Shown: positions 1-11,450 of the stretch, one piece after another
Layout of the letters: each line of letters begins with the position of its first letter
Position numbering within the stretch: the first letter of the stretch is position 1
Source of the DNA: Camelus ferus
Taxonomy: Eukaryota
Assembly: GCF_009834535.1 (NCBI RefSeq)
Contig: NC_045698.1
Location: 5,954,001 to 6,018,000 of the forward strand
DNA length: 64,000 bases
Direction: 5' to 3'
Program-made: the position numbers and the translations under genes
Notes under the pieces: generated by a model
Databases searched by the model: none
Seen by the model: only the letters and a program-made list of their open reading frames with translations
Told to the model about the DNA's origin: nothing

Positions 1-2544
1 AACAAATTGCTTTGGTGTAACATCAAAGGAAATACTATGTAGAGCCAAAGTAATTAACTTCTGATTATCAAATTGCAGTAGCATCAAATGAATGTTTACT
101 GAATGCTGTGGAGACAGCATCAATACACAGACAACGAACGCCAAGAGTGTAAAAGTTCCAGTACATTTACCTTATGTTTCCAGTAACCTCTATCTTTTTT
201 TTTAACTTGCAATGTCAAGATGGTTAGAACCAGCCCTCCAAGATATGCCGAAGATACTTGCTTTTATCCCAAAGTTTGCACCTAATTACACAGAGGACTA
301 AAGGTGGCAAAAAAAACCCCTAAAATCTGGCAAATGCTTGACATTATGTGCACATTATTTTTTTTTTAACTATTGAGCTTGATTAAACCCAGTGATTGAT
401 TATCCCAGTGATCCTGGATCATGATGGTTATGCATTTCTAGTAGAATCAGGACAAATCTTTTTTTTTTCATGTATGCTTTAAAAACAAAATTATACAAAG
501 CAGAATGATTTATCTTTTATAGCTAAAATGTCCACATTCTGTTTTATTCTCAATTGTGAGGGGAAAAAAAGGAAATTTCATGTGTATCATTCTTCCCAGA
601 CGTTGCTTTTCCAGTGGTTTCCACTGGATAGAACATGGGCTTTTTGGAGGGCAATGGACTGTGATCATGGTCACCAACTGAACCTTGACCAACTGACAAT
701 AATAATTAGTATCAGTTGGGATAAGCCAAGCTTAGTTTATCAAGAATTTACTGCCTAATCCCTGAGAGATGGAGCTAAACGAGCACAGGAGGAGTGAGAG
801 AAGAAGGTCATCATTTTGAAACCCCTTATGAACAACAGTTAGGACACTGCCTGCCAGCAGTGGCTGCCGATAGCATCAGTGAGCAGCTGACCGTCCTCCG
901 GGCGATGGGTACCCCAGGCAGACAGCACTGAAACACACTACTTAATTGTAGCATCACTGAAAATGGGATAGAGAGAAATTATTTATCTCCTGATAATGAT
1001 GCAACTGAGAAGCACTAATGGGACAGGATTTGGGGGATCATCACCACCTGACCCACATGGATTGAAAACAGGGCGTTTTCCTAAGGGAGCACCGGACATA
1101 CCCCCCAATCTATGTCTTTCCGAAAGCACATTTGGGTAGAAATTGGGAGGAGCTGCATGTTGTGTTGAACCGGAACAGCTCGTCCATGTTTCTGCTCTCT
1201 GGGTGACAGACATGTGCCACTTCCTTACCTGAGCATTCGCCTTCAGAGCAACACAGCCATGACGTAAGTGATGAAATTAAAGAGGGGCATAGGCAGGTAT
1301 AGACCCAACCAAGTTGGTATAAGTTTCGAGAGAATGCAAATGCTGAACATCTGCAATTGAAATTGACAGACAATAAAGCTTTATTCAGCAAAAGAATCTA
1401 ATTTTAAAATATGCCTATTTTACATGTAAACCAGTCAAGGGATAGAGACAGAGACTGAGAGAAGGTTCTCGTGGTTGTAAGGAGCTGGGTCTCCCTTGGA
1501 TTACTTACAGCAGAGGAGGGGATTAGGAGATATGGCGGCGGGGGTGGTCAGTGGAGGTGGCAGTAACCCTAAGGACATACGAGGAATTAAGAAATGACCT
1601 CATGCCAAGACCTCTTGGAAACTCACAAAGTTGCACAAACAGTTTCTCTGACACAGTGATCAGCTGTTCAGACAGGCTGCAAAGCACTGAGGAATGTGGT
1701 TCAGTGCATCACAACCACTTCAGTTTCTTCCTAAAACCCACCAGGGACTCCCCATTCCACTCAGAATGAAGGGCACATGTTCTGTGGTCTGTCTCTCAGG
1801 CCTCATCTCAACCCACTGGCTCCCTCTTCACTCTGCAGTGGCCACCGAGAGCTTCCTGCGGGCTTGTCAGTCCCACCCGGGCTCCTGCGCCTGCTGATCC
1901 TTCCGCCTGGGAGACCCTTCTCCCAAGTCACCATTCTCTGGCCTCACACTCACTCCCCATTTCATAGGTCCCCCTTCCTGGAGAGGACCATCTTGCCGAG
2001 GTCTCCTTTCCCCCAGTTCCCACTGTTACACATTTAAGTCTAACACTGCTCTCATCTCTAGAGTTTCCAATGGCATTTTCTTCTTAATGGACCTGAAGAA
2101 GTGTAATCTTTAAGGGCAGACATTTCATAACTTGAATGAAAAGCACAAAAAATGACAAGAACCATTGACTAAGGAGCATGATTGCAGCCTGATTTTGTGC
2201 TGGCGGTTGGAGCAGACTGTGCTGATGAGGGCAAACAACACTTGCTACGTGCATTACAGCCGCTTTTGTGTTTGGCAGCTGGCTAGGGCACGGAAGTGTA
2301 AAGCGAACAATGCGGCCAGAAACAATCGCTCCGCAGCGATGAAGAGTGAAAGGCTGTAGCAGTTCTTGCGTCCTGTGAGGGCTGGGCTCAGCAGAAACTC
2401 GCCTGTGCACAGTGCCAGTTAGATTTGAGGGTTAGACAGCTATGGTTACTGAAAAATTATCATTTCCCACAGAAAACAGCTTTGTTTCTATGAGTTTGAA
2501 ATGCTCCCCAAACTCGACTTAAAACCACTGATTTTATAATTTTA

Positions 2545-2760
2545 TTTTTGTGAATTTTTTTTTTTTGCTACAATTTCAAATCACAGAAAAATTTCAAGAT
2601 TAGTGCAGGAACTTTCATACACCTTTTACCCAAAGTCAGGAATTGTTTGTTTTGCCCCATTTTCTTTCTCTCTCTCTCTCTGTCATATACATAAATATTT
2701 ACATTTCTTTTTTGGAACCATTTGAGAGCAATCTGGGGACATTCTATACTGTCTCACTAA
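2545..2760 (-). mobile_element. Old L1 (L1MC/L1ME-type) 3' end fragment
   Basis: T-run followed by 'caatttcaaatcacagaaaaatttcaagattagt...caccttttaccca' and 'ttggaaccatttgagag', resembling antisense ancient L1 3' UTR. Confidence 0.6.
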
Positions 2761-3819
2761 GCACCTCCTCCTGTCATGATGCTTTGGTGAGGTGACCCGA
2801 CCCTCATTCCTGGAGGGTCAGGACTACCGGCAGTCCTGCCTGCATCAGGTTGTTATAGTTTCCCATCAGCTTTAATCACATACCCGAAAATACCAAAAGA
2901 CCACGTCCATGATTGCTTTCCAGACTCCCTCCTCCCTACCTGCATTATGCAGGAGACACCCACTTTCCCTTCAAAGTCAAGATCGTCGCCCAGCCAGCAC
3001 AGCGACTCTTTTCTTTGCCTGTTGATTCAGAGGCATGAGACACTCAAAGTGCCCAAGAGGCAGAGCCAGCCTCCAGTTCCGCGGGATCGTTTGTCACGGC
3101 CCCTTGTGAAACCGTTCCTCCCTTTGGACTTAAGACCTCTAAACAGCCAGACCTAAAATCACAGCCAGCCAGGCAGATAGACCAGGGCTGAAGTCACATT
3201 AAGGATCACTTTTTTCTGTATAAGGTACAGTGATGTATGTCAGGGTGTGTTGATGTATAATGGTAATGACATTTTCAGAGAGGTGAACCCAAAGGAAGGC
3301 AGCTCTGAGTTGCAAAAAGCTACATGTCAAGCAGTGATTAAAATTAGTGGCTGCCGTTTGCAGTCAGAGACATCAATCCTAATGGCTGTAAGATCCTCCT
3401 TCCAGGAAATGGTTAAGAGCTCTGCCAGGGGAGTCCCCGCCAGGAGCCCCTGAGTGAAGGGTACTATATTATTTTTGACACATGTCCCCCAGGCAGTCTT
3501 TAGACAATCAAGAAACCCAGTGAATAAACTGTAGGGAATTTTTTCTACAGACTAGAGTTCTGTTTTTTCTTATTTTTAATCCTTCCATTTATTTTCATTT
3601 TTAACAGAAACTTGTGTGTTTCTACTTACCAGATAGAACAGGCAGAAATGATTGACGCTTCAGTAGTAACAGTACTTTCTGAAATAACAAGTAAAACTTC
3701 ATCGTTCTACAAAAAAAAAGTATTGGGGATGATCACAGTGAATCTGGGTGGTCCCGAGAAAGAGATACAGAAGTTTATGTGGTTTAGAAAATGCACCCAG
3801 AGGTCTTGAGAATTGTTAT

Positions 3820-4298
3820 TTTTACATTGAATTTTTAATTTGGATAACTGTAGATCTGCATGCAGCTGAAAGAAGTAATCCATAAGTATCCCATGAACCC
3901 TTTGCTCAGGCTCTCCCAGTGGTAAACATCATGTACGTGTGATTATGTAAGTTATCATAACCAAGTTATTAACAGTGCTATAAGTCATTGATCTTATTCA
4001 GATTTTCTTAGTGTTATATGTACTTGTGTGTGTGCGCACATGCATGTATATTTTAGTTCTACACAATTTTAACATGTGTGCAATTTGTGTATCTGTATCA
4101 CAGTCAAGATTCTAAACCGTTCCATCGTGATAAGACTTGGTCATATTACCTTTAATAACGCCTCCACCATCATCCCCAACGTGTGATAATCAGTGATCTA
4201 CTTTATATTTCTAGAATTTTGCCATTTCAAAACAAGTTACGTACATGAAATCACGTGGTATGTAACATGCTGGGATTGGCATTTTTCATTCAGCACAA
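3820..4298 (-). mobile_element. L1MC-type 3' UTR fragment
   Basis: 'ggataactgtagatctgcatgcagctgaaagaagtaat...cccatgaaccctttgctcag...cccagtggtaaacatc' and 'gccatttcaaaacaagttacgtacatgaaatcac' match antisense L1M 3' UTR. Confidence 0.7.
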
Positions 4299-4695
4299 TG
4301 TAGTCTAATCACACAGTGAAATATTCAGCCTTATAAAGGAAGAACATTCTGACACATACTACAACATGGATCAACGTTGAGGACAACATGTTAACTGAAA
4401 TAATCCAGTTACTGATTGACAAATGCTGTATCCTTCCACTTAAATGAGGTGTCTACAGTAGTCAGGTTCACAGAAACAGAAAGTAAAATGTTGGTGTCAG
4501 GGGCTGGGACCAGGGAAATAGGCAGCTGTCATTTAATGGGTCTAGAGTTTCAGTTTTGCAGAATAAAACAGTTCTGGAAATTGGTTGCACAACAATGTGA
4601 AGATTCTTAATACTATTAACCTGTACACTTAGAATTGATTAAGATGGTTAACTTTGTATTATGTGTTTTTACCACAATTAAAAAATAATAAAAAT
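4299..4695 (+). mobile_element. L1MB-type 3' end with A-rich tail
   Basis: 'tattcagccttataaaggaagaacattctgacacatactacaacatggat...ttaagatggttaactttgtattatgtgtttttaccacaattaaaaa'. Confidence 0.8.
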
Positions 4696-4704
4696 CATTT
4701 AAAC

Positions 4705-4825
4705 ATGTAAAGAAGAACTAATACCTATTTTTTCAACCAAAAAAATTGAAGAGGAGGCAACATTCTCAAATTCATTCTATGAGGCCACCATTACCCTAAT
4801 ACCAAAACCAGACAAAGACAGTACG
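4705..4825 (+). mobile_element. L1 ORF2 fragment
   Basis: Encodes KIEEEATFSNSFYEATITLIPKPDKD, similar to the L1 ORF2 motif LPNSFYEASITLIPKP. Confidence 0.85.
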
Positions 4826-5245
4826 ATCTGAAAAATCTAGACTGTGATTCCAACGACATGACACTCTGGAAGAAGCAAATTAAAGAGACAATAAAAATAT
4901 TAGTAGTTGCCAGGGGTTGGAGGTGGAGGGTGAAAGATGAATTGTTAGAACACAGATTATATTAGTGAAGTGAAAATAGCTTATCTGATACTATAATAAT
5001 GGGTACATGTCATTGCACATTTGTCCGAATCCATGGAACGTACAACACCAAGAGCGAACCTTAATGTAAACAGTGGGTAATTATGGTGTGTCGGTGTAGG
5101 TTCATCAGTTGTAACAAAGGCACCACTCTTGGGGATGTTGTTAGTGAGGGAAGCCAAGTGAGGGAGGGAACAGGAGGTAATCTCCGTACCTTCCCCTCAA
5201 TTTTGCTATGAACCTAAAAATACCTTAAAAATAAAGTCTTCAAAT
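4826..5245 (+). mobile_element. L1MC1-like 3' UTR
   Basis: 'gattccaacgacatgacactctggaagaagcaaa...tgtacaacaccaagagcgaaccttaatgtaaac...tttgctatgaacctaaaa...aataaagtct'; homologous to the copies at 23462-24122 and ~57860-58230. Confidence 0.8.
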
Positions 5246-6428
5246 AATGTAGAATTCACATACAAAGAAAAGACTCTAATGAGTTCAAGAGAACATGAGC
5301 AGATAGCAGTGAGGAGAAGGGGGGGGAATGCATGAAAGCTGAAAGAGAGCAAGGACAAAGGCATGAGAAACAAGAGGCAAGTTCCAGCTAGAAGACCAGC
5401 TTGGAGAAGACACATCTTTAACCCAGTTAATCTGTAAAATATAGCTCTGACCTTGAGTCAGATTTTCTTTCATTGGCCCCCGACAGGGGACAGACTGTAT
5501 CCTTACTTCCCTCCCTCTCTGTCTTCATGTTCATAAAGCCTTCTCGTATCCTAAATGATCACAGCCGTCTATGACAACTTTCTCCAGGTCCTTCATTAGA
5601 ATCCAACTATTATCATCCTGATATAAATGGGAATGACAGTGCATTTGTATGCACCAGTCTGTGGCTTATGCAGAAGTGAATGCCATACACACCTCTAAGC
5701 TGCTATTATCTCCTCGGGCACCAACACCAGCCTCCTTACAATGCCTAGATAACTCGATGAGCCTTCATTTTTGTAGCTGACTTTGGACGTGTTCCAAGCT
5801 ATGTTCTGGGACTCAGCAAAGACTCTTATCTGCTTGTTGAAAAGGCCTGGTGAGCTGGATAGGGAAACTCAGATCAAACACAGCTGGGGACAAAGAGATA
5901 CCGAGCAGAGAGGCTATCTCAGCAAGCTGACCATTAAAAAAAACAACAAACTAAACACCGCAGTGACGGACTGTGATGAAAGACTTCAGGTAAGCTGAAC
6001 TCTTCTCTTAAGAAAATAGCCATAACATATACGAAGTAGTTGCAGAAAAAATTTTTTTAAAAAGAAAAGGTAAGATAATTGACGTTTTCCTCTTCTGTAC
6101 TAGTAATACGATAAGAATAATGCAACCTCTACATGGTGAGTTAGCCGTTTCACTGAAATCTAAAGCTGAAACAGTTTCAAAATAGGAATGGAAGAGGATT
6201 CCTAAATACGATCTCCCTTCTAGCTGGGATCCAGAATAAGGAAAAAGCAGATTAGCAAAAAGTGAAACCTTCATCATTAGGGCTGGTTTCACAGTCTCTG
6301 TAAACGTTGGAACTAATGGGAAAAAAATATGAGGAGAGAATATTTATTTATTTAATGAATAACATACCACCTTTCTCTTTGTCCCTAAAATGGAATAGTA
6401 TATAGTTTTATACCCTTCATTCCATTAA

Positions 6429-6600
6429 TCAGTGGTACCAGGCTAACAACAGCATCTCTTGGAACTTGTTAAAAATGGAAATTCTGTGCCTCCACCCCAG
6501 GCCTACCGAACCTGAAACTTAGGGGAGGGTCTCGGCAATATGTGTTAACAAGCCCCCAGGTATATCTGATACCTGCTAAAGTTTGAGATCTGCTGCCCTA
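6429..6600. mobile_element. MER5A-like hAT-Charlie MITE
   Basis: 'cagcatctcttggaacttgttaaaaatggaaattctgtgcctccaccccaggcctaccgaa...ttaacaagcccccaggt...ctaaagtttgagatctgctg'. Confidence 0.8.
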
Positions 6601-7071
6601 AATCATGCCCATATTCCATTTTTAAGCCTTTCTGAAGATTGTGTAAGAGAGAAAATACTGTATAACTGGACTTGATGCGTTTGTAATTCACACTCTGAGA
6701 GACGTTCTGCTGCTCTCACTTGTCTGGAGCTGGGACTCGGGGGTCATGCTGACACCTCCCTCTCTGTAGGAATACTGGCATTTGCACAGTGATGTCTTGG
6801 AAGACCTTTCAAGCAATAAAGAAAGGAGTGTGAAAAGTAAGAGGGAGTTTGATCGCCCCGGATCATCCCATTGTCCAGAGTCAAGAGAATTTTCCAGGAC
6901 TTTTCTCTGAGGCTCAACCTCTTCACTGAGCAGTGGGACGAGAGAGATCATTTTAATTCAATACAGACTAACACAACATAAATTCAAAGACGATGTTAGC
7001 CCTCTGGTTGACAGGCTTGTGATTGGAAAGTATCTCAGGGACTAATGTTCGTCATGGTGACACTGTATATA

Positions 7072-7277
7072 CAGTTGCCCCTGGCATCCAGGGAGATTGG
7101 TTCCAGGACCCCTGCAGGTACCAAAATTCGTGGATGCTCAAGTCCCTTAATATAAAGTGATGTAGTAGAGTCAGCCCTCTGCATCTGCTGGTTTTGCATC
7201 CAAGCATTCATCCAATCTCAGATGGATTTTCGGATCAAGTTGCAACTGCAAAAACTGCCAATAGGAGGGGCTGGCTC
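7072..7277 (+). mobile_element. TcMar-Tigger MITE (MER2/MER8-like)
   Basis: TA|cagttgcccctggcatccagggagattggttccaggacccc...accaaaattcgtggatgctcaagtccctt; TA dinucleotides at both flanks. Confidence 0.8.
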
Positions 7278-7464
7278 TATACACTACTTTCCTATTTGTG
7301 ACTTTTAATGATTTTCCCATAATTTCCTGTCAAGAGTTTTGATTCTGGGAGTTTTTCTCTATCTCCACTCCTCCTATAATGTTCCAATATATTTCAGTTT
7401 ACTTAAAAATTTTTAAAAGTCTTTTTTTTTTGCACTTTGTGAGAGCACTTTAATTTAGTATTCT

Positions 7465-7572
7465 TTTAAAATTAAGATTTATTTCATACACTATAAAGTA
7501 GTCCTTCTAAAGTGTACAGTTCAGTGGATATTATTATATCCAGAAAGTTGTGTAGCCATCACCACTAATTCT
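7465..7572 (-). mobile_element. L1MB-type extreme 3' end
   Basis: 'ttctaaagtgtacagttcagtgg...agaaagttgtgtagccatcaccactaattc'. Confidence 0.65.
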
Positions 7573-7750
7573 GTAACTGGGGAAGGCAGTAGTTTCCTTT
7601 TCTTTTATTCCTGTGAAACATGTTGCTTGTCTTTAGAGTCCTCATGAGGAAGCTTCAGAGAGTGGAGTGAAGTCGGGTCCACGTGAGAGCACCTTGGTTA
7701 TAGACTCTGAGAAGCACACTAGCGTCAGCCAGAGAGTAACTTGAGTTTTA

Positions 7751-8084
7751 CATCAACCCTCTGAATTCACGGGATTTGCATCCAGGGACTCAACCAACCA
7801 CAGATCCAGCATATTTGGGAAAAATTTTTCAGAAATTTCCAAAAAGCAAAACTTGATTTTGCCACATTTACATAGCATTTACATTTGTATTTACAACTAT
7901 TCACATAGCATTTTTATTTATGAATGTATTATAGATAACCTGGAGATGATTTAAGGTATATGGGAGGATGTGTGTAGATGACACTAAATACTACACCATT
8001 TTATAGGAGGGACTTGGGCAGCATGGGTTTTGGTATCCACGGGCATCCTGGAACCAATCCCTTGAGGATACCAAAGGACCACTA
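7751..8084 (-). mobile_element. TcMar-Tigger MITE (MER2-like)
   Basis: Ends in 'ttttggtatccacgggcatcctggaaccaatcccttgaggataccaaaggaccacta|TA', the reverse complement of the terminus at 7072. Confidence 0.8.
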
Positions 8085-10469
8085 TACTTGGCTTCCTAAT
8101 GTCTTTAATTAGTTTTCTTCAATTTCTTTAATTTCCTTTAATGTCTTTCCTAATTTCTGTAATACTTGAACATAGACATTCCAGATGATTATAAAGTGGT
8201 ATGATTGTTACCCATCTTTTTGTATAGAACCTCAAGGATTTAGAGAAATGCCAGTCTTTTAAACTTCACAGAAACAAGAGTGGAAATGAAGAGACCCTTA
8301 ACATCCCTCCTTTTCCCATGTGTTGGTTGTTATCTAGCTCTTATCTGTCAGGTGGGAAGGCCACTAAGAATCCAGGGCACGTTGGGAAGGGGACTGCCCT
8401 GGGGCACTAGCATTGGGTCTGCAGCCTGATGGGGGCAGACCTGCTGCCTCTGTCTGCCCCCTGCACACCTTGCATCCTTCTGCATCCGGATCTTCTACTT
8501 TTCAGTTAATATCTGTGATGCCAAGTCTCATCTGAGCAAAAGACAGCCAGCCTTGCTCTTGCACGATTGTTTTGGAGTCTCTTCTCTGAATCCAGATGAG
8601 GCGAGCCCCTTGGAGGAATCCTGCACACGTAGTCAGAATGTCTGGGCAATTCCCAATCCTCTGGGAGGACATTCAGCCAGATGCTGTCCAACACATTAAC
8701 CTGAGAAGCTGAAGCAGAGGGAAATCCACTCTGATAAACACAGAGCAAGGGGTGTTGGTATCAATTGCCATGAATATATAGAGAGATAAACCACTGCAGA
8801 CTTTGCTGTCTGACCTTCAAGGTGTAAGTAAAAGCAGTTAATTTAAGTTGTTGGACCAATGCATCGAGCAGCAAGGTCACCCAAGACGTCTAAGAGGGCC
8901 AGGGTTTCTGGGGAGCTTCAGGACACTCAGCACGCAGATCTTTATTCCAAAGCCCTGAGGGTGCCTGACGGCTGCATCGTTGGCGCTGCAGGAGGACTGT
9001 GTATCTCGGCCCGTGCTTCCCAGGCAGGGAGCAAAAAACCACGCCTGCAAATTTGCACAACTCAGGGACTCTGAGGCCACCCCAGGGACCTAAGTCCTTT
9101 TATCTCAAATCAGAAGAGAATTTCAAGGGTTTGGAAGCAACAACACTGATTGTCATTAACAAGAAAATATCCACTTAATGGTTATCCAACCTGATAAAAG
9201 AGTGAAAGTAGCATATATTAGACACTTAACAAAATTAAAAATTAAATACATTTATTGAAAGCCATTAGATGAGCCAGATGTCATTAAATTATTCCCAAAT
9301 TTACATTTTTAAGACATGATTGAAAATGAGTTTTCCTAGATGATTTTTATTTTAGAGGAAGGCCTTTTTCTAAGAACTAACTGAAAGTTACTTATTTGAC
9401 AGCCAAGAATCATCATGAGCATTGATTCATTTATTTGTCCACTCATGTATACATTCATACATTCATTCAATGTTATAGAGATTCTGCCATACTCTCTGCC
9501 CCGAGTTGGTTGGTGGGGGCGAGGGGAATGGGCTCAGCTTTCTGTATGTGGCACCCGTTGGCTACCTGGAGGAGAACGTCAACATTATTTCTAGGAAATG
9601 CAAACAGACCCTAAGGCCCCTTAGATTCGCCCTCTTCTTTTTTATTCTGCTGATTGACTTCTTCTCTGCCCTAAACAACTGAGGTATTAATTATTGACAC
9701 TGTCTGACAAAAGGCAACAATAATGGATTCACATTTTTCCCTCCCAATCTGAGGAACCAATAGTCAATATAAAAGTTCAAATTCATTACAAGGAAAAAAA
9801 GATTTACAAGAAAAATATTTCCCCAGCTGTAATTTTTAAATAATTTTTGAACTCACAAGAAAGGAAAATATTATTTAAATGCAATTTAGAAAATAGGTAT
9901 ATCTTTATTGGCATCATTCTCTAATTATCAAATTTAAGATGAAAACATTTCTAGTTTGCAAAGTTAAGGATTGAAGCCCAGGCAATAATGGATTTAAGTA
10001 TAAAAGTGTAGAGGTGTCACTAGCGCACATTTCCTTTATAAATAGATGTGATGAATTTCACAGTGGAAGATAGCCCCTGAAAGTCTGCAGCGCTGAATCA
10101 TATTTTAACCTTTAGCTCTGCGACAGAAGAAAACATTAACTGTCATCTTACTCGCATTGCTTTTGCAGTTGTCAGAGTCTATCATAAAATCCTGGAATCT
10201 TCCATCATCCCTCTGAAGTCCAAGTGTCACACTGAGACTCAGCCTCCTGCCCCCGCTTCCTCTGAGATAGGACTCTAGGAGGTGCTAATAGTGACAGATA
10301 TTTTGTTTTTGTTTTTTAAGTATAGTTGACTTACGTTCTTAGAAACAATGATCAGTACATATACGTAAACTAAAAAAATACGTGCAGTATATTGTACATA
10401 TGTATTTACATGCAGTGTAATGTATATGTGCAGTCAAACTACTACCTCTACCAAATTAAACTGAAAAAG

Positions 10470-10570
10470 GGGAAAATAAATGCAGAAAAAGCGTTTGATA
10501 AAGTATAATATCCTTTCAGATTGGGTGTAGAAGGAACGTACCCTAACATTACAAAGGGCACATACAACAC
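10470..10570 (+). mobile_element. L1 ORF2 RT-region fragment followed by (CA)n
   Basis: 'aatgcagaaaaagcgtttgataaa' (AEKAFDK) and 'ggtgtagaaggaacgtaccctaacattacaaagggc' (GVEGTYPNITKG); (CA)n at ~10568-10587. Confidence 0.7.
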
Positions 10571-10688
10571 ACACACACACACACACAAAGCATTGATGGA
10601 TATTACTGTTGTGAAAGGCAATACTTCTCTTTGTTAATTCACTCAGACAGAATATCTCAAAATAAAACAGATTAAAGTGAAAAAAAAA

Positions 10689-10830
10689 AGAAGTACAGTT
10701 GACTTACAATGTTTGTTAGTTTCTGGTGTACAGCATAGCGATACAGTTACATATATAGATACATAGAAATAGGTTATTACAGGATATTGAATATAGTTCC
10801 CTGCACTATACAGTAGAAACTTGCTGTTTA
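10689..10830 (-). mobile_element. Artiodactyl-type L1 3' end
   Basis: 'gaagtacagttgacttacaatg...tttctggtgtacagcatagcgat...gatattgaatatagttccctgcactatacagtag'. Confidence 0.8.
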
Positions 10831-11289
10831 GTGACAGGTTTTTAATCTTTTTAAACATTAACATTTTTTAAAAGGTCCCTTCTGCTGCTCCAGCTATTAG
10901 AGGAGCACTTTGAAGTTTGAATACAGTGATATATTTGGTTTGAATATGTGAGGAGAACCCAGTGGCACAATAATGTACAGTTAAGTTGCTCTCCATTCAG
11001 ACAAGGCATGCAGTCCCATGAAGCGTGGAGTTGGATGGTCAGATGGAGCCAGCTGGAACACACAAACATTCCTCAGGGATATATGCAAAATGACTTACCT
11101 CTGTAGGATATTTACAGGAGTATCACTAATTGGTATAATCAAGCTTGCCAAATGACATTAGGAAAAACTCAAATTTTGAAAGAACAGACTAAATTGCCAG
11201 AGGTAGACACTATACCAACATACGCTGTGATGTTTAATTGTATGGGAGTTGCCATACGTTGTCAAAGGGTGCTGGTTTTCATCTACTTC

Positions 11290-11450
11290 TAAAAGTAGAT
11301 TTCACCAAAAAAGAAAAAAAAAGGTAACTACATGAGCAAATGGATGTGTTAATCAGCTTGGCCATAGTGATCATTTAACTGTGTATATGTATGTCAAAAT
11401 ATCTTGTTAGACACCTTTAATATGTGTAATTTTTATTTAAATTTTTTATT
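11290..11450 (+). mobile_element. L1MA9-like 3' end
   Basis: 'aaggtaactacatgagcaaatggatgtgttaatcagcttg...tgtatgtcaaaatatcttgttagacacctttaatatgtgtaatttttatt'. Confidence 0.7.

Noticed and set aside
6688..6951. Minus-strand acceptor near 6806 inside overlapping ORFs
   Set aside because: No convincing donor downstream and no recognisable peptide in any frame
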